A DNA stretch of 57,525 nucleotides, the filler included, from Porpidia crustulata (Eukaryota), in the NCBI GenBank assembly GCA_964255105.1. It is 6 parts of 6 records of this genome, joined end to end, with 100 filler letters (N's around TTAATTAATTAA, not from the genome) between each part and the next. Parts side by side here need not be neighbours in the genome. Positions count along the whole stretch, not along the records: positions 9,619 to 19,132 come from CAXUWE010000935.1; positions 19,233 to 28,733 come from CAXUWE010000936.1; 4 more parts are not named here. One strand, written 5' to 3'. Positions 13,628 to 24,748 of the stretch are shown piece after piece; position 1 is the first letter of the stretch; the number at the start of each line of letters is the position of its first letter. The translations under genes and the position numbers were made by a program. The notes beneath the pieces were generated by a model. That model made no database searches. It was given only the letters and a program-made list of their open reading frames with translations, and had not been told where the DNA came from.

Positions 13628-14920
13628 ATGGCAATAGGTAGTGGGAGCTTTCGGACACGTGCAGCCAGCCTCCTACATCCATATGTGTCCGCAAGCAACC
13701 AACTACAGGAACATGCGAGCATTGAGCGATCTGCAACGGTGCCTCTTACGCAGCGAGCGCAATCCCCTCTAAACGAGAAAGAAGCTGGGAGTGAACAGAC
13801 AAATGCTCGGCCGAACTCAAGATCGCCATTGGCTGCAGCAAGATCGCTCCCCTCGTCCAATGAAGATGCCATCGCTCAAAACAGAAGCGCGCAACGGCTG
13901 GTTCGCACTGTACCACGTTAGTAAATCTATCCTATGGGGGATTGGTTCTTAACATCCTTATCAACCTACAGGAGCTCTACAATACTGATTTACCTTTTCT
14001 CCTCAGCTTGGGTAGAATATTTGGACGAGGAAACCCAAGATACAAATCCACAGACACATTTACTACCGCACAGTCCACAACATGCACAAATCGCCCAGCA
14101 TAATTGCAATCCTTCGGTCAAGGACAGCCAAAGACTTGTTCCCCCTCGAGGCAGATTGCCTGATTCAGATGGAGCAAGAACGCTGGCCCCTACACCAGAG
14201 TCTAGGTGGAAGACATTCGCTAATGCTTCAGCTTATCCTATGGTCTCTGCAAATGGTGGAGAACGTGTCACAGAGGATTGGTTGGTTCAGAACGGTCCAG
14301 ACTACTATCGGCCGTGGCTAGCCGGCAACGGAGAAAAGGATGAAGAGCAGAATTTCTTCGTTTCCAGTGCAAGACGAAAGAGATGGTGGATAAGAACTCA
14401 GCGAAAGATCATAAGAAGTCCTATGATTCCTTTGGTGCTTCGTTCGATTGTATGGGGCTTTTCCCTGGTTGCCCTTGGCCTTGGAAGCTCGATACATCAT
14501 CTCTCAGACAATATCAGATCTCCGAATACCGCATCCACCGAGATGGCTATTTCTGTGGATGCTGTTGCCCTAGTATATCTCCTGTACATTACTTACGACG
14601 AATACACCGGGAAACCCTTGGGTTTACGATCAGCCATCGCAAAGATGCGTCTAATATTCCTCGACCTCTTTTTCATAGTTTTCGATTCTGCCAATTTGAG
14701 CTTGGCCATGGAGGCAACAACACGCAACGACGTTTCGTTGATGTGCCCACTTCATAATCAAATCTGTGATCGACAGAAAGCTTTAGCTTCGGTTCTCCTG
14801 ATAGCCTTGATTGCTTGGCTCCTGACGTTCTCTATAAGCGTTTTACGGTAAGTGTCTGACCCCTTTTACTACTTTTACTAACGAGAGTGAAGTCTGGTTG
14901 AACGGGTTACCCAAAAATGA
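13628..14920 (+). CDS. SRF1: Regulator of phospholipase D, SRF1-like membrane protein
   Basis: Intron 13917-14006 creates RTVPPWV. C-terminal transmembrane region YITYDEYTGKPLGLRSAIAKMRLIFLDLFFIVFDSANLSLA. Intron 14848-14892 gives the ending RLVERVTQK*. Confidence 0.8.
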
Positions 14921-15168
14921 TAGGTCAAGATCCTCAAGAGAATTGCATTCTGGGAATCAAGTCAGTCATTCTCTATTGTGGGTGTTGTATAAATATCAAG
15001 CATAGCGACGGAGTTTTAGGATAGCATTTGCCAGCATAGCGGATCTGATCCAATGTCAATATATTGAGTGGACTTGAGGCACTAAAAGATGCTTATGACG
15101 TATGTTCATAGGTTCTAGCTTCAATACCTCATCCTTCCAAGCATTATACAAATGTCAACTACCAGTAC

Positions 15169-15756
15169 ATGCTCACATCACGTCTCTTGTTCCATTCTCT
15201 TACCAAACTGTCAATCACTCAAGCACCTCTAACTTCATTACAAGACTTGCGTGTTTCCTCCTTCCAAATACCAGCCTTTGATCGCCTACCAAACACTTCA
15301 ATCCAAAAGAAGCCTCTTCTCATCTACCATTCGGCATTCCACCCAGGCACTTCAGCTTCAATCATTGAGGGTCATCTGTCAACTGTTGGAGTCGTCACCC
15401 CACAATGGCGATATACAATGTACAGCTATTCTCATTTCCATTCCACAGCACATGAAGTGCTCTGCGTCTCATCAGGCAAGGCAAAGTTATGCTTTGGGGG
15501 TGAAGACAATCCCAAAAGGATAGAGCCTGTGGTAGAAAAAGGGGATGTCATCGTTGTCCCAGCTGGGGTCGCTCACCGATTACTTGAGGACCTGGAAGGA
15601 GATTTCACCATGGTTGGAAGCTATCCTGTTGGTAGGAGCTGGGACATGTGTTACGGCAAATCTGGAGAGGAACAGAAAGTGAAAGGAATAGAAGCTCTGG
15701 GGTGGTTCGAGTGGGATCCGATATATGGTGATCAAGGGCCTACCCTTCAGTCTTAG
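15169..15756 (+). CDS. Cupin-domain protein (YjlB-like)
   Basis: Intronless 195 aa with cupin motifs HFHSTAHEVL and GDVIVVPAGVAH, and a C-terminal DPIYGDQGP. Confidence 0.85.
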   Translation: MLTSRLLFHSLTKLSITQAPLTSLQDLRVSSFQIPAFDRLPNTSIQKKPLLIYHSAFHPGTSASIIEGHLSTVGVVTPQWRYTMYSYSHFHSTAHEVLCVSSGKAKLCFGGEDNPKRIEPVVEKGDVIVVPAGVAHRLLEDLEGDFTMVGSYPVGRSWDMCYGKSGEEQKVKGIEALGWFEWDPIYGDQGPTLQS

Positions 15757-16299
15757 ACATATCTTTATAGCTAGAGACATCTTATGATCCTCTACGGTTC
15801 CAGTACCTTTGGCTGTATTTCATTAATCATGTGTACCTACCACGTACAATAAAATTCCGTTGCAAAGATTCGATTCAGATGATCGTATCGGGTCTAGCGG
15901 CTACTGCATTGCGGTCAGAACCTCAGCCTGTCATGCCTGTTCCACACCTGTCAAATCCAAATATAACTGCATGAACGGATGACATTTTCTCACACGATAT
16001 TTTATCTACTTCACTTTCACTTCACTTCAAAGCGACTTTAAACAACATAACATGGGCCAGGCACAACACCTTTCGAGAATCCAACCTTCCTTATAAGCGT
16101 CGACTTGTTCAAATCCTCTTACAGCCTGCTAAGCCTCGAACACTTGAGGTCAACTTTTTATCATCACGCCACAGCTGTCTATCTACGACCACTCTCCATC
16201 GGGCCTCACGAAACGCCTTGGAAAGATCTTGGTCTAGGCTCCGCGTCACCCAACTCAACCGTAAGGAAGAATACAAAGGAACAAAAGCCCAAAGACAAT

Positions 16300-18738
16300 A
16301 TGCCGATAGCTCTAGCCCCGGCTCCTAATAAGGACGACCTCGTCGCAACGTACGTATTCACACTCTTCATGATATTCCTCCTTTAAGGAGTACGCATCAT
16401 GACAGAACTAACGAGTCCTTTCAATCACAGATGGACCTTCCTACAAGCAGGCGTGGAAGGAATTATGAGGAACCTAAAGGATGGCGTGGATATGGTCACA
16501 TACATGGGAATCTATACGGCCGTGCATAATTTCTGTACATCGCAAAAAGCATTAAGTACCCAGACTGGTCTTATTGGGTCGACGCATCATCGTGGAGCCC
16601 ATTTGTTAGGCGAAGACCTCTACAAAAATCTCAAGGATTACCTCAAGGTCCACCTCGCAGAGGTTTACGAAAAGTCCAGGACGCACTCTGATGAAGCACT
16701 TTTGAGCTACTACATTCGAGAATGGGACCGATACACGACAGCAGCCAAGTACACCAACCATCTTTTCAAATACCTGAATAGACACTGGGTGAAACGAGAA
16801 ATTGATGAAGGTAAAAAGGATGTCTACGACGTGTATACATTGCACCTTGTAGAATGGAGAGAAGAACTCTTTATGAAAGTCCACGAAAATGTCATGTCTG
16901 CGGTATTGAAGATGGTGGAGAAGCAGAGAAATGGGGAGACAATCGAGCAAGCACAAGTAAAGAGTATCGTGGATTCGTTTGTCTCTCTAGGCCTAGATGA
17001 GACCGACAGCACTAAATCCACCCTCGACATTTACCGCTTCCATTTCGAGAAACCCTTCTTAGAAGCAACCTCGAGATACTATGAGAACGAGTCTGCTCAG
17101 TTTGTGGCTGAGAATAGCGTAGTCGAGTACATGAAGAAGGCCGAGTTACGATTACAGGAAGAAAAGGAACGCGTCGGCTTATACCTGCATCCAGATATCA
17201 TGAATCCCCTCATGAAGGTGTGTCTGCAGACCTTGGTCACTGGCCACTCCTCTCTTTTGCGCGATGAGTTCCAGGTTTGCCTTGACAATGACCGTCATGA
17301 GGATCTCGCGCGTATGTACCGACTATTGGCACGCATAATCGACGGTCTCGAGCCTCTGCGGACAAAATTCGAGGCTCATGTAAGGAAATCGGGATTGGCT
17401 GCTGTTGAAAAGGTCGCTATGGAGGAAGATAACCTAGAGCCTAAAACATACGTCGATGCTCTGCTTGAGGTTCACACACAATACCAAAAGCTCGTGAATG
17501 ACGCTTTCGCTGGGGAATCCGAATTCGTGAGATCTCTTGACAATGCCTGCAAAGAGTTTGTGAACCGGAACAAGGTCTGCAAAACCGGATCAACTCGTTC
17601 TCCTGAGCTTCTTGCCAAATACACGGATACTTTGTTGAAGAAGAGTGGCAAGAGTGCAGAGGAAGCTGACCTCGAGATGTCATTAACCCACGTAATGACC
17701 GTTTTCAAGTACATTGAAGACAAGGACGTCTTCCAGAAATTCTACTCTCGAATGCTTGCCAAACGATTGGTCCACTCAAGCTCCGCTTCCGAAGATGCCG
17801 AGACCAGTATGATTAGTAAACTCAAGGAAGCCTGCGGCTTTGAATACACTAATAAACTCCAACGCATGTTTCAGGATATCCAAATCTCCAAGGATCTCAA
17901 CATGAATTACAAGGATTGGCAAGACAAGGCTCTAGACGATGACGACCTCAGAAAAGCCGTGGACCCTAATTATCATGTGCTCGGAACAGGCTTCTGGCCT
18001 TTGACACCCTCAAATACCGCCTTCATTCCTCCGCAGGAGATTGTCAAGACCTACACTCGGTTCCAGAGCTTCTACTTTGACAAGCACAGTGGTCGAAAGC
18101 TTACCTGGCTATGGCAGCTATGCAAAGGCGAGGTCAAAGCGAATTATATCATCGGCGTCAAGATCCCTCATACCTTCCAAGTCTCAACCTACCAAATGGC
18201 CATACTTTTACTTTTCAATGATGCCGATGTTGTGACGTACGAGGACATTCAAAAGGCTACTGCGCTATCTGCAGAGACACTAGATCCTTCGATAGGCATC
18301 TTTATCAAGGCTAAAGTATTACTTCCCAAACCTGCTAATGGCAAACCGGAACCTGGGACTTCATACACGTTGAATTACAATTTCAAGAACAAAAAGGTCA
18401 AGGTGAATCTGAACATTGCCGTCAAGTCGGAGCAAAAGCAGGAAGTTGAAGACACGCACAAGACCATTGAAGAAGACCGAAAGCTCCTGATGCAGGTAAG
18501 TAATCCTCTTCCCTTTACACATCATACCACATATTAACACATGCAATAGTCCGCCATTGTCCGCATCATGAAATCTCGCAAAAGGATGAAGCACGTACAG
18601 CTCGTACAAGAAACCATCTCCCAGATCAAATCTCGCTTCTCGCCCAAGATCCCCGACATCAAAAAATCAATTGATCAACTCATCGAGAAGGAGTATCTGG
18701 AACGACTAGATAGCGAGGAACTCGGATATCTCGCTTGA
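16300..18738 (+). CDS. CUL1: Cullin-1, SCF E3 ligase scaffold
   Basis: Introns 16350-16430 and 18496-18549. Motifs [49 protein letters not shown]; neddylation segment [10 protein letters not shown]; ends GYLA*. Confidence 0.97.
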
Positions 18739-19132
18739 ACGTCGTGGATTCACATCACTGCATTTTCTGTCGTTTTCGGGTTTAAAGGGGTTGGTTGGGT
18801 GGGCTTATCATGGAATAGGGATCACAACGGGCATGGATTCATGATACGGTGAAACGCCAACATTAGAAAAGAAACGGGCGTATTTGCTCTTGTTGTCGGT
18901 GGATAGGACGGGACAGGAGGGAGCCAGCCATTGAAAGGTTTAATGGTAGCAGATGTAGATACCCTTGAAATAGGAATTGCTCAATTGCTGGATGGACGTT
19001 GTCACTTTCCACACCTCTGCCGTTGCTCTATCTAAACCACTGTACTACAGACCTCTTACCTCACAGAATTTCACTATATCGACTACTTCACCATCCCTAG
19101 CGCAACTCACCCCCAGACAACAAGATGATTAC

Positions 19133-19232
19133 NNNNNNNNNNNNNNNNNNNNNNNNNNNNNNNNNNNNNNNNNNNNTTAATTAATTAANNNNNNNNNNNN
19201 NNNNNNNNNNNNNNNNNNNNNNNNNNNNNNNN
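19133..19232. other. Artificial contig linker
   Basis: N44-TTAATTAATTAA-N44. Confidence 0.99.
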
Positions 19233-20165
19233 GATTGATACGTGGGATGATGGAGATTCGAGCTATAAGAATACTTAGGAGGTAGATAAAGAATCAGGGA
19301 TGTTTTTTACCTGGATTTGGAGTCGCTGGAAGATGTTGCGATATGTATTTGCTGATCTTCTTGCTTACTGTTCTACAAGTTATATTTATTTCTTTTTCCT
19401 TAAAAAGAAAGAACGAGAAAGAAGAAATGATAACCATACGGCTTACCCCCAAATTTCCAGCTCACCAAGAGCGTCGCTAGACTGGCTTGATCGATATGCT
19501 CAATAGAAGGTTTTAAGAGATATGCTGCTTCGTGCGTGCAAAGAGGAGGGTTGAGATAAGTCAAGCAAGAGAGAAATTAAGATAATAAGACATGCGGAGA
19601 ATTAATCGCTTTTTTCTAAATGATTCGTCTTCGATGACTTCAATCGCCGTTTCATGCCGGGGGCTGGTCATACAGTATCTTGAGCAGCTGAGTCGCTAAT
19701 CGCAGTATAACGAGCTCAAGACATTACCTCAAGAGCAATTGCATTTGGACTTTTTTAGGCTCAAGATTGTTTTTTCCTTCTCCAATTGTTTGTTCTTGCT
19801 TATCTGCATATTCGGCCAGGAGCATTTGCTTTCATATCATGACTCCAATGGTGGAATTGAGGTTCTGACTCGGGAAAGCATCATGGCGTATGCAATCTGT
19901 GCGAGACGGCGTGGGCATGCTTACGGTGTGACAGAAGATGCTTGAGATAAAGGGAAAACGTGGCAGACGCAAGATGGGCGGCCGTGTCAGCCTCGAGAAG
20001 TCATGTAACAGATATGGAATGGAGTTTGCACTGATATCGTACATTTTATCTTCGTTCTGGCAGTGAGGTACCGGGGATAGGTCGGGCAGCGCGAGTAGGT
20101 ACGTTGTACGTAGACGCCAACGCCTAGTCCTGAGATTTAGAGCTGACAGCTGGGAGCCGTGGAAG

Positions 20166-20770
20166 GTGAAGTGCCCAGAACCTTCATTGGTGGTTGTGTG
20201 TTCGATTGAGACTTGCCAATTTCAGACCGCGCCACCGCGGGCCGACGATGAGATTCTTCAGGAAGGAAAAGACTCGTACTTGTATGATATATATTCAATT
20301 CAATTCTCCGAGATCTGCTCGGAGAATTCGAGATTACTAAACGGGGTCACGAAAGGGTTTGAGGGGAAAGGGACGATGCTGAGAGGGAAAGCCCTGTGCG
20401 AAGCTATCACGGAAGAACGACGCAGACGGCGAGACAGGAAAACGGGACGGGATGCGGAGGGGGAGATGGCTCATCCCGGCGATGGCATTGTCTATGGGCC
20501 GTTCGGGACGGGAGATGGGAATTACGTTTTGACCATGGGCGAGAGCATCGACTGCCGGAAGCGGTGGGAGGGCGGATGGCATCCGGGCGGAAATTATCTT
20601 TGATCCTTGGAAGAAGTGTGGAAGTTTCAGGGAGGGGGGATGTGCTGGCGCAAGACGTTTATTTACTTGGATTTCTCCCCGCCCTATGAAATATTCCATT
20701 TCGGGATTCCTCGATTTGAACGGCGGAGATCTGATAATGCATTTTGCCTATCCCTCTCAAAACCTCCGAC
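20166..20770 (+). pseudogene. Possible decayed gene fragment of unknown family
   Basis: Protein-like frame (HPGDGIVYGPFGTGDGNYVLTMG...GGNYL*SLEEVWKFQG) continues past a TGA at 20601-20603. Intron-like GTATGA..TACTAA..AAG at about 20282-20355. No family recognised. Confidence 0.25.
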
Positions 20771-21170
20771 TTGGCGCAGATGATTTTCTCATGAACCATG
20801 ATCTTCTTTTGTTCTATTCCAACGACAAAGGTTCACCAAATCAGTCGGATAATAGGTACCTATACCGAATTAACAACTATTGCACGAATGGTCTTGAATG
20901 GACGAAAAAACTCACTCTTCAAGAGGTTTCGATTCGGTGCGGGACGTTTTGAGACTTGCTATCTGCTTGGTTCGAATTATGGTCGAAGGTTACGTAGCCA
21001 AATGACAAAGAGCCTAGGGGTACCGGTTATAACGAAGAGAGGTGAAGGAAGTGGCAGACCCTTTTGCTGGCAGTGCAACGACCTTGATGACTTTTATCGA
21101 GTTTTGACCGTCGTAAAGGATGCACGGATGCGTAGACAGTCGCCTGAGTCATAGAGGGTCTAACCCCCTA

Positions 21171-22162
21171 TCATGCCGTTGTGGCAGGGTCGGTAATCTC
21201 ATGTTGTTCTTGGTATCGTTTCACCGTCCAATCAAAAACATTATCATACTCGAAGCCGCTTCGAACGAATAAACCCCGGAACATCGTGCGTAGGTAGGAA
21301 TAGTCGGGTTTGTCTAGGAATCCAAGAGCTCGGACGTAGTCAATGTAGGTACTAAACTCTGGCGGAGCGGCACCGCAAAGCTCTTCGGTCTTAATGTTCT
21401 TCTTTTGTTCCATTATCGCCGCATTCTTATCGTCACCAGGTTCAACTTCCAATCCATGCCAAGGAAGTCGGCCGTGCAGGAAGTAGAGTAACAGATACCC
21501 GAGACTTTCCAAGTCATCTCGTCGAGATTGCCGTTGGATCCCATAATGTCCGTTGATGCTTGCAAAACGTACCGTGCCGAGTAGATCAGGGTTAGAAGGA
21601 AGGGGTCCGCTGGGATCCTGCCGGTGGATGTATTCTGACGCGAGGCCTAAATCAGTGACATAGATGCAGTTGCCATTCCTCCTAGTCCCCATCAAGAAAT
21701 TCTCAGGCTTGATATCTCGATGAATCACATTCTTCGAGTGAATGTATTGCAGGCGGTGGATCAGTTGATCTGCTATCATCAACACCGTCTTCACTAAGAA
21801 TTGTCGGTCGCAGTAGTTGAAGAGATCTTCTAAGCTGGGTCCAAGCAGCTCGAATACCAAAGCATGATACTCGCAATCTCCCCCATCCCAGTAGACCGAC
21901 GGTATACCACCGCCTCCTGCGAGAGATTTGTAGACCTTAGCTTCTTGCTGGAGTAGCGATGGGTCGACTGATTGATGCTCAAGCTTGATGGCCACCTCAT
22001 CGCCGGTGTTCACGTCGGTAGCAAGATAAATGTCGCCAAAGCTACCCCCGCCGATCCTACGCTGTAGACGATACTTATCATGCACCCGTATATCCTACCG
22101 AGTAGAATTAGAACGACTTTCAAGTTGAGAATTCCATCAAACCGACTCACGAGCTCTTTCAT
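21171..22162 (-). CDS. Divergent casein kinase 1 paralog, kinase domain only
   Basis: Exon 1 MKEL (ATG 22162); 56-nt intron 22095-22150 (GTGAGT..CTAAT..TAG); then DIRVHDKYRL. Motifs GGGSFG, VAIK, LLGPSLEDLF, HRDIKPENFL, DLG, GTVRFASIN, QSRRDDLES, FDWT. No C-terminal tail. Confidence 0.92.
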
Positions 22163-22565
22163 AGCTGGTATGGTACACACGAATATAGCATTTCAACTGG
22201 CATGACGAAATGATTCCATTGCTGGCTCAGATACTCAACTGATGAGGGCGAAAGTGGTAAGGATGCAGGGGTAATCTGTGATCATGCACGATAGCGGAAG
22301 AGACGGGACGTCCCGCGAGAAGACTAAGGAATTGATCGACGAATTATTCTGTCGAAGCCAATCAGCAGTCCGGACTTATAAAATTCCAGGTTGTTCAAGG
22401 AAGTTACTGCAACAGAGGCTCACAATAAGAGGGTTTTCGACGGAATGGATTGAGCGAGAGGGCTCATTCGTCGACTAAGAAATTTATGGCTTACCGCGAT
22501 GATGTGCTGCCCAGCCCGAAAGCCAACTCGACTGAGAGATATCAATATGCCCTTCCCCGCCAAAG

Positions 22566-23989
22566 ATGTCTCTTATGATTTCGGCTTCTCATATTTCTCC
22601 ATCTTCTACGCCGATGACTGTTGGAACTTCGATAGCGCGTGGTCGGAAACGGAAACGTTCGCCCGAAAACGATTCAGCTACAGAACGTACACCACCTCCA
22701 GAGCCTCTGTGGAAAAGGGCAGGATTTCAGTCGGCCGAGCAAGCAACCACTGCGTTCTGGGACAATCTTCCGAAAGTGCCACTCTGTCCTTCTGCATTGA
22801 GGGAATTTGACCGACGGAATTGGCCGCCTTGGGAGCCTTCCAGCGAGTCTATTTCCAGATCTACTAACCCTACTACGAGCTCTATAACGAGGCGTGCTAT
22901 TCAGGCAATTCAGCTTGGTGAGAGTAGCACTATCTTCGAAGACTCGGCAGCTCAGCTCAAAGGTTTCGCTAGACGAGGAGGTCTAAACCTCCATGATCTT
23001 AGAGGGGTATGAGTAACCGAGGATGACTCCATTATTTAGTGCTAATGACCTCTTTGCAGTATCCCGAGCCATCACAGGCGTCGCCGACCATGCCACCGAG
23101 GAAGGATCTCGATGGAACACCTTCCAAATGCACCAAAAGCACCGAGGATACCACTGGAAGGACTTCGGCCTACAATCCAGGATTTGAACAGAATCTCATC
23201 AACCATGGTGTTTACCCATCTGGGTATGAGTACATGGATGATCGAGATGTTGTGATGCCGGAAAACTGGGGACATATCCAGCATAGACTGCTGCAACCAA
23301 GGCCTTCTCTTTCTCCGTCTCGCTTCTCCGAAGGAGCTTTCCGTGGTTACAAACGGCAGGTCAATCGGACCATAGATGAAGCTGGTGTCATGGCTAATGC
23401 CTTTCCGACACTACAAGGGGCAAACGAGCTTCCATCGGCGATGCAGAGAACGTTCCAGAATCTAGCGCCACTGACAAATGGGATCATCGTCGATGCACAA
23501 CCAGATTATTACATTGGCGCTCGCCCAGAACAGCTCGATGCGTCAATCCGGAACGAACTGAGTTCTCGTATCGTCCCATCAACTAATCCGCAGGCCCCTA
23601 TACTACCAAACGATTTTACAGAAGTGAAGGGCCCTAGCGATACTAGTTTTGTGGTCAAACGACAGGTGTGTTACGACGGTGCCATCGGTGCTCGAGCAAT
23701 ACAGTCTCTTCAATCATATGGTCAGCCAGAACCTGTCTATGACGAAAATTCCTATACTATATCCTCTTCCTTTGACGGTGAGCAGCTTCGGATGTTTACC
23801 ACGTACCCCACGGCCCCAACCAATCTAGGAGGTCAGCCGGAGTATTACATGAATCAACTGAGAGGGTGGATTATGACTGATAGAGCAGAAACCTTTCGGC
23901 AAGGAGCAACTGCATATCGGAACGCTAGAGACTGGGCAAAAGAGAAACGAGATGAGTCTATCAAAGCTGTCAACGAGAGGGCCGAGTAG
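22566..23989 (+). CDS. Fungal protein with putative PD-(D/E)xK (restriction endonuclease-like) domain, about 456 aa
   Basis: Exon 1 22566-23006 (basic RGRKRKRS, FWDNL..LREFDRRN, FARRGGLNLHDLRG); intron 23007-23059 (GTATGA..GCTAAT..CAG); exon 2 with PRPSLSPSRFS, AQPDYYIG...FTEVKG, RQVCYDGAIGARAI, FRQGATAYRNARDWAKEKRD. The gene model is strong; the nuclease fold is inferred from the PD...ExK spacing. Confidence 0.75.
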
Positions 23990-24009
23990 ACACGAGAAAC
24001 GGCAACAGG

Positions 24010-24748
24010 GCCAAATTCAAAAAGTTGGGAACCAAGGGTCATCCGTCTGAGCTTTACTTCCCGGCGGCTGAGGAACATGAGATCGCCCTGGACTTTGACA
24101 TCAATATGAATGTATTAATCTAGATCTTTGCAGACAAAGCGGAGTAATTTGCGAAGGCAATCACGGTGGACGGCAAGGCCAAGGTACGCATACTGAAGTG
24201 AGGTTGCATAAGCGCGAGGAACCGAAATAGCGCCTTGACGGGGTATGCGGCGCAACAAGCAGTACTTTAGTCAATGAGGTATGCGCCTTGATCCTTTGCA
24301 ACTCTAAAGCGAAGTTTTTTGGACCTCCACGCCGACGGACTTGGTAGCGTCTATCAGCGAAGCAGAGTTGAAATTTCAGAAACAGTGTCTACCAGGGACA
24401 TGAACGATCGGTGTATCTTCGTTGACCCAGTTGTACGACGATAGAAACTCGTAATCAGTCAGAGAGATGTTTGTGTCACTGTCGGCGGCTCCAGTAAGCC
24501 TGTCAGGTTCAATCGTTTCCAAGTGCACGCCTGTATCTGCCAGGATCGTCTTTCCTGGCTTAGTTAGTGAAAGCTTTCGTGGGTGTCCAAGAGTATATTT
24601 GGTATTTTCCACCGAAATGCAAGCATGTCTCGAATGGAAAATGACCACGCCATGACGCCTCCATACTTGTCCTATGTAGGAACATGCAGGAACTTCCTCT
24701 ATTGCATCCCTCCTGGAGCCAGAACTTATAAGTCGGTCTCGTAGACAT
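24010..24748 (-). pseudogene. Truncated pseudogene: degenerate CCCH zinc finger plus the N-terminal half of the fungal SSYNW family (often auto-annotated as geranylgeranyl pyrophosphate synthetase)
   Basis: MSTRPTYKFWLQEGCNRGSSCMFLH (CCCH finger with first Cys lost); frameshift to LSSYNWVNEDTPIVHVPG; then PSAW..KDQGAYLID* (TAA 24267-24269); frameshift to VHRDCLRKLLRFV..D* (TAA 24115-24117) and IHIDVKVQGDLMFLSRRE...FEFG, after which similarity stops. Family recognised from memory. Confidence 0.55.

Noticed and set aside
1..18738. Apparent SCF cluster of three F-box-like genes plus cullin-1
   Set aside because: Two of the F-box-like genes lie on a different contig across an artificial linker.
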